A stretch of 45,313 bases of DNA, taken from positions 1 through 45,313 of IMG/VR virus record IMGVR_UViG_3300029925_000049, one strand, 5' to 3'. Both the position numbers and the translations under genes were made by a program. Each line of letters starts with the position of its first letter. The first letter of the stretch is position 1. The stretch is from a virus (Duplodnaviria > Caudoviricetes). This document shows positions 32,726-42,124 of this stretch, one piece after another. The notes beneath the pieces are model-generated. The model ran no database searches. It was given only the letters and a program-made list of their open reading frames with translations, and was not told where the DNA came from.

Positions 32726-32845
32726 ATGGCAAAATACACAAGACATAATCCACTAAACAAGAAAGCTGATCGGCATAAGAAAATTGCTTTGGGCACACAC
32801 CCGCACAAAGATGATTATAATATGAACACCAAAAAGAGGAAATAA
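32726..32845 (+). CDS. small basic peptide (39 aa, not in ORF track)
   Basis: AAGGA SD; MAKYTRHNPLNKK... Confidence 0.55.
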   Translation: MAKYTRHNPLNKKADRHKKIALGTHPHKDDYNMNTKKRK

Positions 32846-32847
32846 AA

Positions 32848-33519
32848 ATCCGAGAATTTATTTATGAAGAGTTACACCTAGAAGAACTCGAATGTGAGAC
32901 CTTAGAAACTGGACGAACGTATACAACGCCGGAAGGCAACAAATATCCGTCCATTACAACATGCTTAAGTATCCGTAGCAGAGATTCTATTGCGGAATGG
33001 CGAGCCAAGGTCGGTGACGAAGAAGCAGATCAGATAGCTTATCAAGCCTCACAGCGAGGCACCGAAGTACACGAATGTATTGAGAGACATCTTTTGAATA
33101 AAGAGACGCTTCCCAGTACGCCATTAGTGAAGAATAACGTGAATGAAATACTTCCGCTCATTGACAGGAATATTGGTACAATCTATGGTTTGGAAAAGCC
33201 CTTATATTCGGATGAGTTGAGAGTAGCAGGAAGAGTAGACATTATTGCCGAATGGAATGGTATTCCATCAATCGTTGACATCAAAACATCAAGGAAACCA
33301 AAAAGGAGAGAATGGTGCCATGGCTACTTTTGTCAGGAAGCGTTTTACGCAATTGCCCTCGAAGAAAGAACAGGCATGCGAATCGAACAACTTGTGACAG
33401 TGATAGCCGTAGACTTTGATACACCAACCACATTCGTCGAGCTGCGTTCAGACTGGCGAAGTGAACTAGAAAAGACGATCAATGACTACAGAAAAGAACA
33501 AGAAGAATCTGCGGGGTAA
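32848..33519 (+). CDS. Cas4/RecB-like PD-(D/E)XK exonuclease; apparent ATC start
   Basis: Frame is open from 32821; N-terminal GRTYTTPEGNKYPSITT..EWRAKVG..RGTEVH lies upstream of the first TTG (33094); AGRVD, IVDIKTS, YFCQEAFY. Confidence 0.85.
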   Translation: MREFIYEELHLEELECETLETGRTYTTPEGNKYPSITTCLSIRSRDSIAEWRAKVGDEEADQIAYQASQRGTEVHECIERHLLNKETLPSTPLVKNNVNEILPLIDRNIGTIYGLEKPLYSDELRVAGRVDIIAEWNGIPSIVDIKTSRKPKRREWCHGYFCQEAFYAIALEERTGMRIEQLVTVIAVDFDTPTTFVELRSDWRSELEKTINDYRKEQEESAG

Positions 33520-34066
33520 TCTGCAGATTGTTGGGGCAAGTTCAGGACCAGCTGTATTTTCGGATCAAATAATTTCATCAGCACATGACTTTTATTTGTC
33601 GGGAGAGATTGGGCCATCAACAGATTACGTGGATTGGTTCCATATAATCAGAAACGCAGGAGAAAACGACTTTTTAAGATTACATTTTAATAGCGTGGGT
33701 GGGGACGTCTTCACAGCCATTCAATTAATGAAATGTATTAAGGACACACAAGCACACGTACATGGGATCGTAGAAGGAAGTTGCATGAGTGCCGCAACGT
33801 TTATTTTTCTTTCATGTGATTCTTTTGAGATTAGTCCACACTCAATCTTTATGGTCCACAATTATTCTGGTGGTGCAATCGGTAAAGGCGGAGAAATGAA
33901 AGCGCAATTGGACCACGAAACTGTCTGGTCTAGGAAGCTGTGTGAAGATGTATATGAGAATTTCCTATCAAAAGAGGAAATCGACAATATACTGAAAAGC
34001 CAAGACATTTGGCTTAACGGAGAAGAAGTCGCGGACAGACTACGAAAAAGATCTGAGAAAAAATAA
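33482..34066 (+). CDS. clpP: ClpP-like serine protease
   Basis: LSGEIG, NSVGGDV, CMSAAT (Ser), FMVHN (His), DIWL. Confidence 0.88.
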   Translation: MTTEKNKKNLRGNLQIVGASSGPAVFSDQIISSAHDFYLSGEIGPSTDYVDWFHIIRNAGENDFLRLHFNSVGGDVFTAIQLMKCIKDTQAHVHGIVEGSCMSAATFIFLSCDSFEISPHSIFMVHNYSGGAIGKGGEMKAQLDHETVWSRKLCEDVYENFLSKEEIDNILKSQDIWLNGEEVADRLRKRSEKK

Positions 34067-34073
34067 TTCTTGC

Positions 34074-34131
34074 TTGACAACTCTGAAAGGCCCGCGTATT
34101 GTGACCTTATCGAAACAACGCGGGCCTTTTT
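34074..34131 (+). promoter_or_regulatory. sigma70 promoter overlapping a terminator-like hairpin
   Basis: TTGACA-17-TATTGT; AAAGGCCCGCGT/ACGCGGGCCTTT plus T run; ATCGAAACAACG as in the early cassettes. Confidence 0.8.
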
Positions 34132-34148
34132 GGCTCTAGGAGATAAAA

Positions 34149-34373
34149 ATGTTTACATACACTCTGAAAAATACCAAAGTGAAAGGCAATCTGGTTGATA
34201 TCTGGACTGTCCGACTTGATAATAAAGAAGTCGGTCGTATCCAACGCGTTGATGAAGGATACCAGTATCGCCCCAAAGGCTTATATGCCGAAAAGCATGC
34301 CGACAAAAATGTTTGGGGCTTGATTTTTATTTCTTTCAACCAGTGCAAAAAATCACTCGAAAGTGAGGGCTAA
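34149..34373 (+). CDS. early hypothetical protein
   Basis: AGGAG SD. Confidence 0.72.
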   Translation: MFTYTLKNTKVKGNLVDIWTVRLDNKEVGRIQRVDEGYQYRPKGLYAEKHADKNVWGLIFISFNQCKKSLESEG

Positions 34374-34374
34374 A

Positions 34375-34680
34375 ATGGAAATCAAATTCACGCCAACACA
34401 AACAACCGAAACTCAGGACGGCACTGTGATGTCACACATCACAGTTGATGACAAACATGTCGGCTGGACCATTCGATGCGAAGGTGGATTTATGGCTGTT
34501 CTTGGTTCTTATCAAGGTTACGCAACCCACTTTCCAGTTCTTTGTGCCAATATCGAAGACGCTGAGGCCAACGCCCGAAATCATATTGAAACTGTCCCGT
34601 ACAGCGCACCAACTGACCTCACTGAGGCACGGCGACTAAATGTCATGGGTGAGCTAGGCACACAAGAGAAGGCTGCATAA
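34375..34680 (+). CDS. hypothetical protein
   Basis: GAGG SD, ATG 34375. Confidence 0.68.
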   Translation: MEIKFTPTQTTETQDGTVMSHITVDDKHVGWTIRCEGGFMAVLGSYQGYATHFPVLCANIEDAEANARNHIETVPYSAPTDLTEARRLNVMGELGTQEKAA

Positions 34681-35297
34681 TGTCGAAGTATCGTTTAATA
34701 TTGTCTGATTGTGATGGGGTGCTCCTTAACTGGAACGCCTCATTCACAGAGTGGATGTGGGATGAACATTCTCATGAGCTTCACGACGTGACACAGTACA
34801 ACATCGCCAAAAGATTTAATCTTTTATCCCCCGCGGGTGGCATCGATGAAACATTGGGCCAACGCCTTGTTTCCGAATTTAACCAATCGGACAATGTGCA
34901 TGATCTTGATCCCATGCCCGGCGCAGTCAGGTATGTGAAATACCTGTACGAAGAATGTGGCCGAACATTTGACATTATTACGTCTTTGGATGGCGACCCC
35001 CGGTCTACAGAAAAACGCATTATAAATCTTCGTCGTCATTTTGGACACGCTATTAAAACTGTCCATAATGTTGACCCCAAGATCGGAAAGAGCAAGGCCC
35101 TCCAGTTGTACCGTAAGGGGCATTGGTGGATCGAAGATCATCCGGGTAATGCTGAGCTTGGTGTTCGGATTGGCCACAAAAGTATTCTTATTGAACATCC
35201 CTACAACAACGAATGTCCACCCAACTCCAAAATATTCTATATACAGAGTTGGGATTATATTTGTGACCAGATAGCGGCGGATGACCCCGATGAATAA
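34680..35297 (+). CDS. HAD-family 5'(3')-nucleotidase-like protein (T4 30.2-like)
   Basis: SDCDGVL, IITS, WIED, GHKSILIEHPYN. Confidence 0.85.
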   Translation: MSKYRLILSDCDGVLLNWNASFTEWMWDEHSHELHDVTQYNIAKRFNLLSPAGGIDETLGQRLVSEFNQSDNVHDLDPMPGAVRYVKYLYEECGRTFDIITSLDGDPRSTEKRIINLRRHFGHAIKTVHNVDPKIGKSKALQLYRKGHWWIEDHPGNAELGVRIGHKSILIEHPYNNECPPNSKIFYIQSWDYICDQIAADDPDE

Positions 35298-35517
35298 GAT
35301 ATTCGCCGCCTTGATTGTTGCTTCGACCTACACAATGAAAGTTCTTGTGGTCGGATTTGTTGGCTTGGCCATCTGGACAGTCTTACAAGTGTATCTCCAA
35401 TGGCTTGCTGGTATGGCGCTTGGATCATTCATTGTCGGGATACTATTTCCCGTTGTGTTCGTCTTTGCCCTGCTTCTTGACATATGGGGCTCCACAGAAG
35501 AAAAAACCGAAAAATAA
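35290..35517 (+). CDS. small membrane protein
   Basis: Two hydrophobic segments. Confidence 0.65.
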   Translation: MNKIFAALIVASTYTMKVLVVGFVGLAIWTVLQVYLQWLAGMALGSFIVGILFPVVFVFALLLDIWGSTEEKTEK

Positions 35518-35520
35518 TTC

Positions 35521-35549
35521 TTGCACGGGCGAGAATTATATGGTAAGAT
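35521..35549 (+). promoter_or_regulatory. putative sigma70 promoter
   Basis: AAAAATAATTC-TTGCAC-17-TAAGAT; same upstream AAAAATAATTCTTGC as at 34058. Confidence 0.55.
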
Positions 35550-35591
35550 AATTTCCCAGTAGTGACATAGCCCAGAAAGGCATATTATAAT

Positions 35592-35954
35592 ATGACAGAC
35601 AAACCAACTGACGACGATGGCAGCGGGATCGATCCCGAACAACTTGCGACAGACATTATGTCCGAAATGATTGACAGCCTGATGCACGCCGCATTTTTGG
35701 GTTTCAAATTGGGCAATAAAAGCATCGGAACAGGCGAAGATCATCTTGATCTGGACACGGAAAAGGGACAACTCATTTTACACCAAATCGCGGGCCATGT
35801 CCTGATGCACAAAGCCCAAGCCAGTATAAAAAAGCAAGCCCTGCGACAAGCCAGAGCTGAAGTTGCTGCCGAACAACCAAAAGCAACAGCAAATGATAAT
35901 GCGAGTGGTGACAACCCATGGGCTGATCTACTGGGTAATAAACCCAGCACATAG
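35592..35954 (+). CDS. hypothetical protein
   Basis: 120-aa ORF, AAGG SD. Confidence 0.7.
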   Translation: MTDKPTDDDGSGIDPEQLATDIMSEMIDSLMHAAFLGFKLGNKSIGTGEDHLDLDTEKGQLILHQIAGHVLMHKAQASIKKQALRQARAEVAAEQPKATANDNASGDNPWADLLGNKPST

Positions 35955-35986
35955 TCCCCAACAATCAAACACTGGAGCCTGCATAA

Positions 35987-36376
35987 ATGACAACCTTCCT
36001 GCCGCCGCCTACTAAGGAATCAATCCTTGAATTACTCATAGACGAACTAGATGGACCCAAAAAGAAATTATCTGCCGATGCCGATACAGTAGAGCATTAC
36101 AGAGTTGCTTTGGGGATTGATAAGTCGTATGCAGAGTTGATACAGGGGGCGCTGGAAGGTGATTTCGCAATGGGCATGGTGATGTTCGCCACAGCCTTTG
36201 AGGGCCTTGATTGGACGTTCTGGGGGTCATCTGGTGCCGCCGAAGCTGAAATCTTATTCAAATACAGGGGCGTTTCCCATAGCGAATGTGGAACCATGGC
36301 TGCATCGTACCTAATGTTAAAATGTTTTCTCAATATCCGACTCCAATTGGAGACAAAAAAGAAGAAGGATAAATAG
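35987..36376 (+). CDS. hypothetical protein
   Basis: GGAG SD. Confidence 0.7.
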   Translation: MTTFLPPPTKESILELLIDELDGPKKKLSADADTVEHYRVALGIDKSYAELIQGALEGDFAMGMVMFATAFEGLDWTFWGSSGAAEAEILFKYRGVSHSECGTMAASYLMLKCFLNIRLQLETKKKKDK

Positions 36377-36404
36377 GTAGTATATTCTATTACCGGAGAA
36401 ATTC

Positions 36405-37454
36405 ATGGCCACCATTAACGAAAAGAAAAAGCCCGCGAAGCTAAAGGATAAAAGCCTCAAAAACGTCAATGACAGCGTTACTGAAGTTCACGATGCTATC
36501 GCAGTATTGAAAATTTCTGTAACAAAAAATTTCACAAAAATTGTCAATAACGCAAAGAAGAAAAAGCAACTCAGCGCAGAACTCGTTTCGATTGCCAATG
36601 ACCTGCGAAACATTCACTTTCTGGTAGCGGGTGTTCATCTGCATGAAGGCCGCCGCCCCGGTGGCACCAATATAAAAACCGGTCAATCTGGCAAGCTTCC
36701 CCCCGCGGTGGTCACCGCGCTCACTAAGATTCACAGGACTATTGCGAACTTCAAACGCAATATGACCAAAAGATCAGGCACATTTATCATGGGGCTGGAA
36801 GGCCCACGAAAGAAATTCACCCGGATTGTCATCGCCCTTATCAGCGATATCGACAGCATTCACCGACTTGTCATAGACAAGCCCCTAAGGGCCGTGAAAG
36901 AATCAATCAGTGATGTTGCGGTCTTCGAAGATCACGAAGCTGAATTTGATGCCATGCTTAACGAAGACGAAATCGAAGGTTACGACGACGATTTTGATGA
37001 GGACTTCGATGACCGTGAATTTGAGGTCGAAGGTGAATTTGAGGATGATTTCGTCGACCTTGATGACTTTGATGACAACGAATTTGAGGTCGATAGCGAT
37101 TTTGATGAATTTAATGACGACAATTTTGATGGTGGCTTTGAGTTTGATGATGAAGATTTAACCGAAGCTACAGCACAGCTGGCAGTATTCGAAGACCTCA
37201 ATGTCGAGCGCCGGGAAGACGAACGTGTGTCCCCTCTAGGTGGCGGCGGATCACTTCCAAGACACAAGGCCCGTAAACATATTGCAGACCTTCTAAAAGT
37301 ATCCTCACGTTTCTCCGTACGCGAAGACGATGACGGTGCATTCCTCCGGGAATTCGCAAGTCTTGTGGGTTGGGTTGACGCTGTTTATCATGATGTTGGC
37401 CAATACAGAAACGTGCGTAATAGCTATACAAGAAGCCTAAAACGAAAGAAATAA
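36405..37454 (+). CDS. late protein with basic N-terminus and D/E/F-rich tract
   Basis: ATAAATA upstream, GGAG SD; EFEVD-like acidic repeats. Confidence 0.75.
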   Translation: MATINEKKKPAKLKDKSLKNVNDSVTEVHDAIAVLKISVTKNFTKIVNNAKKKKQLSAELVSIANDLRNIHFLVAGVHLHEGRRPGGTNIKTGQSGKLPPAVVTALTKIHRTIANFKRNMTKRSGTFIMGLEGPRKKFTRIVIALISDIDSIHRLVIDKPLRAVKESISDVAVFEDHEAEFDAMLNEDEIEGYDDDFDEDFDDREFEVEGEFEDDFVDLDDFDDNEFEVDSDFDEFNDDNFDGGFEFDDEDLTEATAQLAVFEDLNVERREDERVSPLGGGGSLPRHKARKHIADLLKVSSRFSVREDDDGAFLREFASLVGWVDAVYHDVGQYRNVRNSYTRSLKRKK

Positions 37455-37458
37455 TATA

Positions 37459-38010
37459 ATGGCATATGATGCAGACACCGGCGAGATGATACCAGACCCA
37501 CTTTATGATGCTCACCGGATGTCATACATCGAGAGCACAGTGACGATTGGGGAGGGGACCGTGATTAGGCAATTTGCCACAGTGTCCCGCAACGCCCAAG
37601 TCGGTAAAAACTGTTCTATCGCTCCGGGCGCATCTGTAGATGGTGCCATTCTTGGTGATAACGTGGTTGTGGGTATGTGGGTCTCGGTGCCGTTTGGGTG
37701 GATTATCGAAGACGATGTATTCATTGCCCCGTCCGTAATGTTCATAAATGATATGAACCCGGCGGCACACAAAGATGGATATGACACCGAAGAGATGTCT
37801 GCCAAGCCGGTAGGCATTATGCGCAAGGGCTCTTCTGTTGGGGCCAGTGTGGTCATGATGGCTGGAATCGTTATTGGGGAAAATTCCCTAATTGCGGCTG
37901 GATCGGTTGTCACCAAAGACGTACCCCCAAATTCTTTATGGACCAGAGATGGACGAATCAAGCCGCTTAATAAAAAAGCCCCCCGAATGAGATTCATAAA
38001 TGAAGATTAA
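37459..38010 (+). CDS. hexapeptide-repeat (left-handed beta-helix) sugar N-acyltransferase
   Basis: IGEGTVI, VGKNCSI, IEDDVFIAPSVMFIND, IGENSLIAAGSVVTKDVP. Confidence 0.88.
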   Translation: MAYDADTGEMIPDPLYDAHRMSYIESTVTIGEGTVIRQFATVSRNAQVGKNCSIAPGASVDGAILGDNVVVGMWVSVPFGWIIEDDVFIAPSVMFINDMNPAAHKDGYDTEEMSAKPVGIMRKGSSVGASVVMMAGIVIGENSLIAAGSVVTKDVPPNSLWTRDGRIKPLNKKAPRMRFINED

Positions 38011-38617
38011 AATTGTAACATTCATGTGGGAACCAGACGAGCACTCATTTAGTTTTTCCCGAATGTACGATGAGACGTGGGTAGATAAACTTTACCGGGG
38101 CTTCAAAAGAAATCTGACCGAAGATTTTGATTTTATTTTGATTTGTGACAAAGATCGTGAATTTGAAGAAGATATTATTCAAATTCCATTTATCGGAAAA
38201 CCATCCTATGCCGCCACGACCCAAGGCTATAAATTTAACGAGCCTTCGATACTTGTGGGGTTAGATACGGTTGTTACAGGTAATTGCGATCATCTGGTGG
38301 AATACTGTATGACTGCCGACAAGATTGCCCTACCACGTGACCCATACTACCCAGAAAAACAGTGTAATGGTGTTGTGTTAATTCCTGCCGGAATGTCCGA
38401 CATCTATAATAAGCACAATGGTGAAAATGATATGGATTGGATCAACACCCAGCCCCATAACATCATTGATGACATTTGGCCAAACCAAGTTGTGTCGTAT
38501 AAGAAAAATGTGCTCCATGGGGCGCTAAATGACGCAAGAATAGTGTACTTTCACGGCAAAATGAAACCTGATTCCTTAAGTGAAAGAGAACCATGGATCA
38601 ACACCCACTGGGTTTAA
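38000..38617 (+). CDS. GT-A glycosyltransferase
   Basis: VDKLYRGFKRNL..FDFILICD, LDTVVTGNCD, NGVVL, VVSYK, IVYFHGKMKP. Confidence 0.78.
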   Translation: MKIKIVTFMWEPDEHSFSFSRMYDETWVDKLYRGFKRNLTEDFDFILICDKDREFEEDIIQIPFIGKPSYAATTQGYKFNEPSILVGLDTVVTGNCDHLVEYCMTADKIALPRDPYYPEKQCNGVVLIPAGMSDIYNKHNGENDMDWINTQPHNIIDDIWPNQVVSYKKNVLHGALNDARIVYFHGKMKPDSLSEREPWINTHWV

Positions 38618-39291
38618 AAATCGCGATTATAGGAAATGGACCTTCGCGCTCTTTGTACAAAGAACATTTCCGAGAAGAAAATTGGGATGTGGTCATAGGG
38701 ACAAATGTTTTCGACGAAGAATTAACGGAAATCAAGTATACTGTATGCGCCGATGCCCAAGCAGTTATTAGTTTTCGCAACCGTCCAAATAGGGACAGGC
38801 TCGAAACGTTCAAGTTTGTGCTATCGGGTCGGGCACACTACGGTAGCTCCAAATGCAAGAACAGACCTGCCAGTCCCGATACTTTCAGAGACTATCTGGA
38901 TGCGAACGATCATATCGAAGAAGTTGTCGATTACAGAAATATCCCCAAGGAATGTTCTGAAAAACAAAAATATTTTTCATCTGGCCATCTGGCCTTTTGG
39001 TGGGCACACACCAAATATCCCGGTGCAGACATTCATCTGTTTGGGTTTGATAGTGTCTTCACAGGCACCTGCTCACAGACGTATTCGGATAGAGACGTAT
39101 CAGCCACAACAACCCAGCCGCCCATAAGAACAGTTTATGACGAGATCGGCGGACAAGCAGTAACATGGAACGAATATTGGCAAATTTTATTAAACGATTA
39201 TTCGGAATTCGGGACGGTCACTTTCCATGGAGTAGAGGGAGACCGACAACCAGAATTTTCACACAAAACCCTGAGAGTAATACTAACGTGA
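38593..39291 (+). CDS. sialyltransferase/MptE-like (GNGPS) glycosyltransferase-like protein
   Basis: IAIIGNGPS, IGTN, SSGHLA, IHLFGFD. Confidence 0.65.
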   Translation: MDQHPLGLKIAIIGNGPSRSLYKEHFREENWDVVIGTNVFDEELTEIKYTVCADAQAVISFRNRPNRDRLETFKFVLSGRAHYGSSKCKNRPASPDTFRDYLDANDHIEEVVDYRNIPKECSEKQKYFSSGHLAFWWAHTKYPGADIHLFGFDSVFTGTCSQTYSDRDVSATTTQPPIRTVYDEIGGQAVTWNEYWQILLNDYSEFGTVTFHGVEGDRQPEFSHKTLRVILT

Positions 39292-39740
39292 CTTGGAAGC
39301 CAAAATACTATCTGGAAAGTGAATTTCGGGGCTGGTATTACGACATCGATATTGCGCTGCTATACCTTATCGACAAATTCAGGGAAGAGTGGGGTGCACC
39401 TGTGTTGATTTCCCCGGCATCTGGTTCTATTGGACGTCGGGTATCAGATCCCACCAAGCCGGGCTGGACATCACAACATAACATTGTCAATCACGGCAAA
39501 GTTAAGGCTATCGACCTGATGCCAACGGGTATGGACACCCCGGCAGATAGAGAACGTGCCTACGAGATCGCGCGACAGGTCGGTTTCACGGGTATCGGGA
39601 TTTATCCAGACTGGAGGCCACGCGCTGGCATTCATGTGGACATCCGGGCCGATAAACTTCCGGGCGATCCCGCCAAATGGTCTGCGTTCGACGTAGACGG
39701 TAAACAAGAGTATTTTGGGGTCATAGACGCATTTACTTGA
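39288..39740 (+). CDS. peptidase M15A-family endolysin-like protein
   Basis: IDKFREEWG.PVLIS, SQH..KAID, GFTGIGIY, IHVDIR; GTG start overlapping the upstream TGA. Confidence 0.82.
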   Translation: MTWKPKYYLESEFRGWYYDIDIALLYLIDKFREEWGAPVLISPASGSIGRRVSDPTKPGWTSQHNIVNHGKVKAIDLMPTGMDTPADRERAYEIARQVGFTGIGIYPDWRPRAGIHVDIRADKLPGDPAKWSAFDVDGKQEYFGVIDAFT

Positions 39741-39791
39741 CATCACGTTTTAAACATGTAAGCTGTGTTCCTGAAATGAACGGAGATCGAC

Positions 39792-39965
39792 ATGATCATC
39801 ACAAAAACGGTATATAACATGCCAGAGAAAGCAATCCGGGCCGCAATGCTCAAGGGATATTTCTCCAAAAAATCAATAAACGATGGAACAACAATCATAA
39901 CGCTTGAAGGGCTCCAATGGGAGCTTGACGAGTTCATGACTAAATTTAAATTGGAAGATCACTAA
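39792..39965 (+). CDS. small hypothetical protein (57 aa, not in ORF track)
   Basis: GGAG SD, ATG 39792. Confidence 0.6.
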   Translation: MIITKTVYNMPEKAIRAAMLKGYFSKKSINDGTTIITLEGLQWELDEFMTKFKLEDH

Positions 39966-39968
39966 ACT

Positions 39969-40397
39969 ATGAGTAATAATGACGACAAGAATATTATTGA
40001 TGCTGACTTCGATCAATTGGGTGCCATGAATGACTGCTTTTCGGGGCAAGCTGTATTTGATCCCAAATTAACGGCAAATGCTCCCGTTGCAGGATACAGT
40101 ATCACTGATTCCACTGTTGGGCAGCTAACAATCAATCCCAATAATTTGCAACTCGGAGCACTGACATATAAAGATTCCGCAATCACAACATTTCAAAATC
40201 CTGAAGTAGTTCTTGAGATTACCAGAGACCGAATGTTTATTGTGTACGATAAAGAAAAGTCTGTTGTTATGACAATTGACATCGATAACCATACATTTGA
40301 GCTGGGCGAAGAATTCGAAGGAAATCTTGATGCTGTGGGTGAACTTTTCTGGCATGCTGTTGAAAGAGCTGCCGATATTTCGAGGGGTGACTTCTAA
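39969..40397 (+). CDS. hypothetical protein
   Basis: 142-aa ORF, tightly packed. Confidence 0.7.
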   Translation: MSNNDDKNIIDADFDQLGAMNDCFSGQAVFDPKLTANAPVAGYSITDSTVGQLTINPNNLQLGALTYKDSAITTFQNPEVVLEITRDRMFIVYDKEKSVVMTIDIDNHTFELGEEFEGNLDAVGELFWHAVERAADISRGDF

Positions 40398-40615
40398 TGG
40401 AAATAATTTTATATTTTCTTGTGGGATTAATTGTCTCTGGCATTGCGGGCCTATTTATCAGAAAGATATTCACCGACATCTTTCTGATTGCCTTGGTACA
40501 ATTCTTTATATTCTTTGTATGGCCCGGCATTGTACTTGCTGGCATTTTGTGGTTGACAACTAATCTGATTTCGTTTATTGTGAGACTCTCAAAAGGTACC
40601 CCTTTACGATTTTAA
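40397..40615 (+). CDS. small membrane protein
   Basis: GAGG SD, TAATG overlap, hydrophobic. Confidence 0.68.
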   Translation: MEIILYFLVGLIVSGIAGLFIRKIFTDIFLIALVQFFIFFVWPGIVLAGILWLTTNLISFIVRLSKGTPLRF

Positions 40616-40624
40616 GGAGATGTC

Positions 40625-41209
40625 ATGAAAGAGCGATTTGTAAAGTCCGTCATATATGTGTTCGTTCTCGTTTTGTTCTTTTCATCCCTTATGTGGGCAT
40701 TGAGACCAGATCCAGAGCCCATACCAGAACCCGGTCTATTGACCACCTACGAAAATATTTCTTTTTTATCCCCTGTGGAACGTGTACCGGTAGTTATAGA
40801 ACTTCCGCCCGATGAAGCATGGGATAGAGACAATCTAGAAGTAATGTGTCTGGGCTTAAACATATATCATGAAGCCCGCGGATCATCTTTGGAAGATCAG
40901 GTAGGCACAGCCCTTGTTGTGATGAATAGAGTCGCATCAGAGAGATTTCCGAATACGGTGTGTGGGGTTGTTTGGCAGAGTGCACAATTCTCATGGACAA
41001 ATGATGGCCGATCAGATCGGACACATGAACTTGCTGCCTACGAACAATCAATGATGATAGCTGTGTACGTGTGGAACGGGTTTTACCCCGACTTCACACA
41101 CGGTGCCACCCATTACCACACACGAGAGATTAACCCTTCGTGGGGCCGCTTTGGGTACGAACAAATCAGCATTGGTTCCCACATTTACATGAAGGTACGT
41201 GACAGATAA
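40625..41209 (+). CDS. SleB/Hydrolase_2 cell wall hydrolase with N-terminal TM anchor
   Basis: CLGLNIYHEARG, VVMNRV..FPNTVCGVVWQ..QFSW, GATHYH, IGSHIY. Confidence 0.92.
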   Translation: MKERFVKSVIYVFVLVLFFSSLMWALRPDPEPIPEPGLLTTYENISFLSPVERVPVVIELPPDEAWDRDNLEVMCLGLNIYHEARGSSLEDQVGTALVVMNRVASERFPNTVCGVVWQSAQFSWTNDGRSDRTHELAAYEQSMMIAVYVWNGFYPDFTHGATHYHTREINPSWGRFGYEQISIGSHIYMKVRDR

Positions 41210-41613
41210 TGATACAGGTCGATAAAAACAAGCAATCATCCGAAAACGCGCATAAACAAAGGATTGTTCAAAAATTGGGTGAATGTAAGACCGTTTATGA
41301 TCGCGCCAACTATGTCTATAACCTTGCCTACAAGATTGATGCAAAGGCCAAGCGGCGCATAGGCGTGATGAAGTCCACCCTTGATCAAAATATAATCCGT
41401 GTAAAGGCTATACAAAGTGAGGTCGACCACCTTCGTGCGCTCTGTGACAAACAGCGAGAAATCATTGGCATAAATTCCAATGACCAACAAATGTACAAAA
41501 AACGGTATCTGGAGCTGTGTGAAGTCTTAGGATTTCCGGCCCATACTGTTGAAGACGGTGCTGTGGAACACGACGATGTGAAAGGTATGTTAGAGGACTT
41601 AGAATATGATTGA
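41209..41613 (+). CDS. hypothetical coiled-coil protein
   Basis: TAATG overlap, 134 aa. Confidence 0.68.
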   Translation: MIQVDKNKQSSENAHKQRIVQKLGECKTVYDRANYVYNLAYKIDAKAKRRIGVMKSTLDQNIIRVKAIQSEVDHLRALCDKQREIIGINSNDQQMYKKRYLELCEVLGFPAHTVEDGAVEHDDVKGMLEDLEYD

Positions 41614-42058
41614 TGAATCCGACCCCGAAGTTGAAGCCCTTGAAGAAGCGATTGTTGACCTAAAAGAACAAATAGAAATTCTTAAAGACGAAATGTCAAC
41701 AAGCGAAGCCGAGTTTATAGAGATAAAAGAAGAAATTCAAACTCTGGAAGAGAGAAACACAGAGCTTGAAACAGAAAACGAAAATCTCGAAGAGCAGATC
41801 GACGATCAAGAAGAATTGGTCGCTAACAACGAAGAGCTTACTGAACAGCTTGCGGTGCGTACTGATGAATTACGGGAAGCCAATGAAACCATTGCTGAAT
41901 ATAAGCAGCATATCGATCTCGATATAGAAACCTTCCAAATAGACGAAGACAATCATACTTTTGTGAGAGACGTTGTGACAACCCTTGGCTTTGCCCCCAA
42001 TGACCTAAAAGAGGGGTTAATAACTCTTGATGACATCATCGTGATGATCGAAGACTGA
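41606..42058 (+). CDS. acidic coiled-coil protein
   Basis: GAGG SD; heptad LEE/ELE pattern. Confidence 0.72.
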   Translation: MIDESDPEVEALEEAIVDLKEQIEILKDEMSTSEAEFIEIKEEIQTLEERNTELETENENLEEQIDDQEELVANNEELTEQLAVRTDELREANETIAEYKQHIDLDIETFQIDEDNHTFVRDVVTTLGFAPNDLKEGLITLDDIIVMIED

Positions 42059-42066
42059 ATAACCTA

Positions 42067-42095
42067 TTGACTACCCAATTCTTTTATGCTATGTT
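42067..42095 (+). promoter_or_regulatory. putative sigma70 promoter
   Basis: TTGACT...TGCTATGTT. Confidence 0.6.
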
Positions 42096-42124
42096 AGTGA
42101 AAACCAATCACAAGGAACCATATT

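Noticed and set aside
32848-33519. Cas4 as evidence of a CRISPR system
   Set aside because: Stand-alone Cas4-like exonucleases next to phoH are normal in T4-like phages; no array present.
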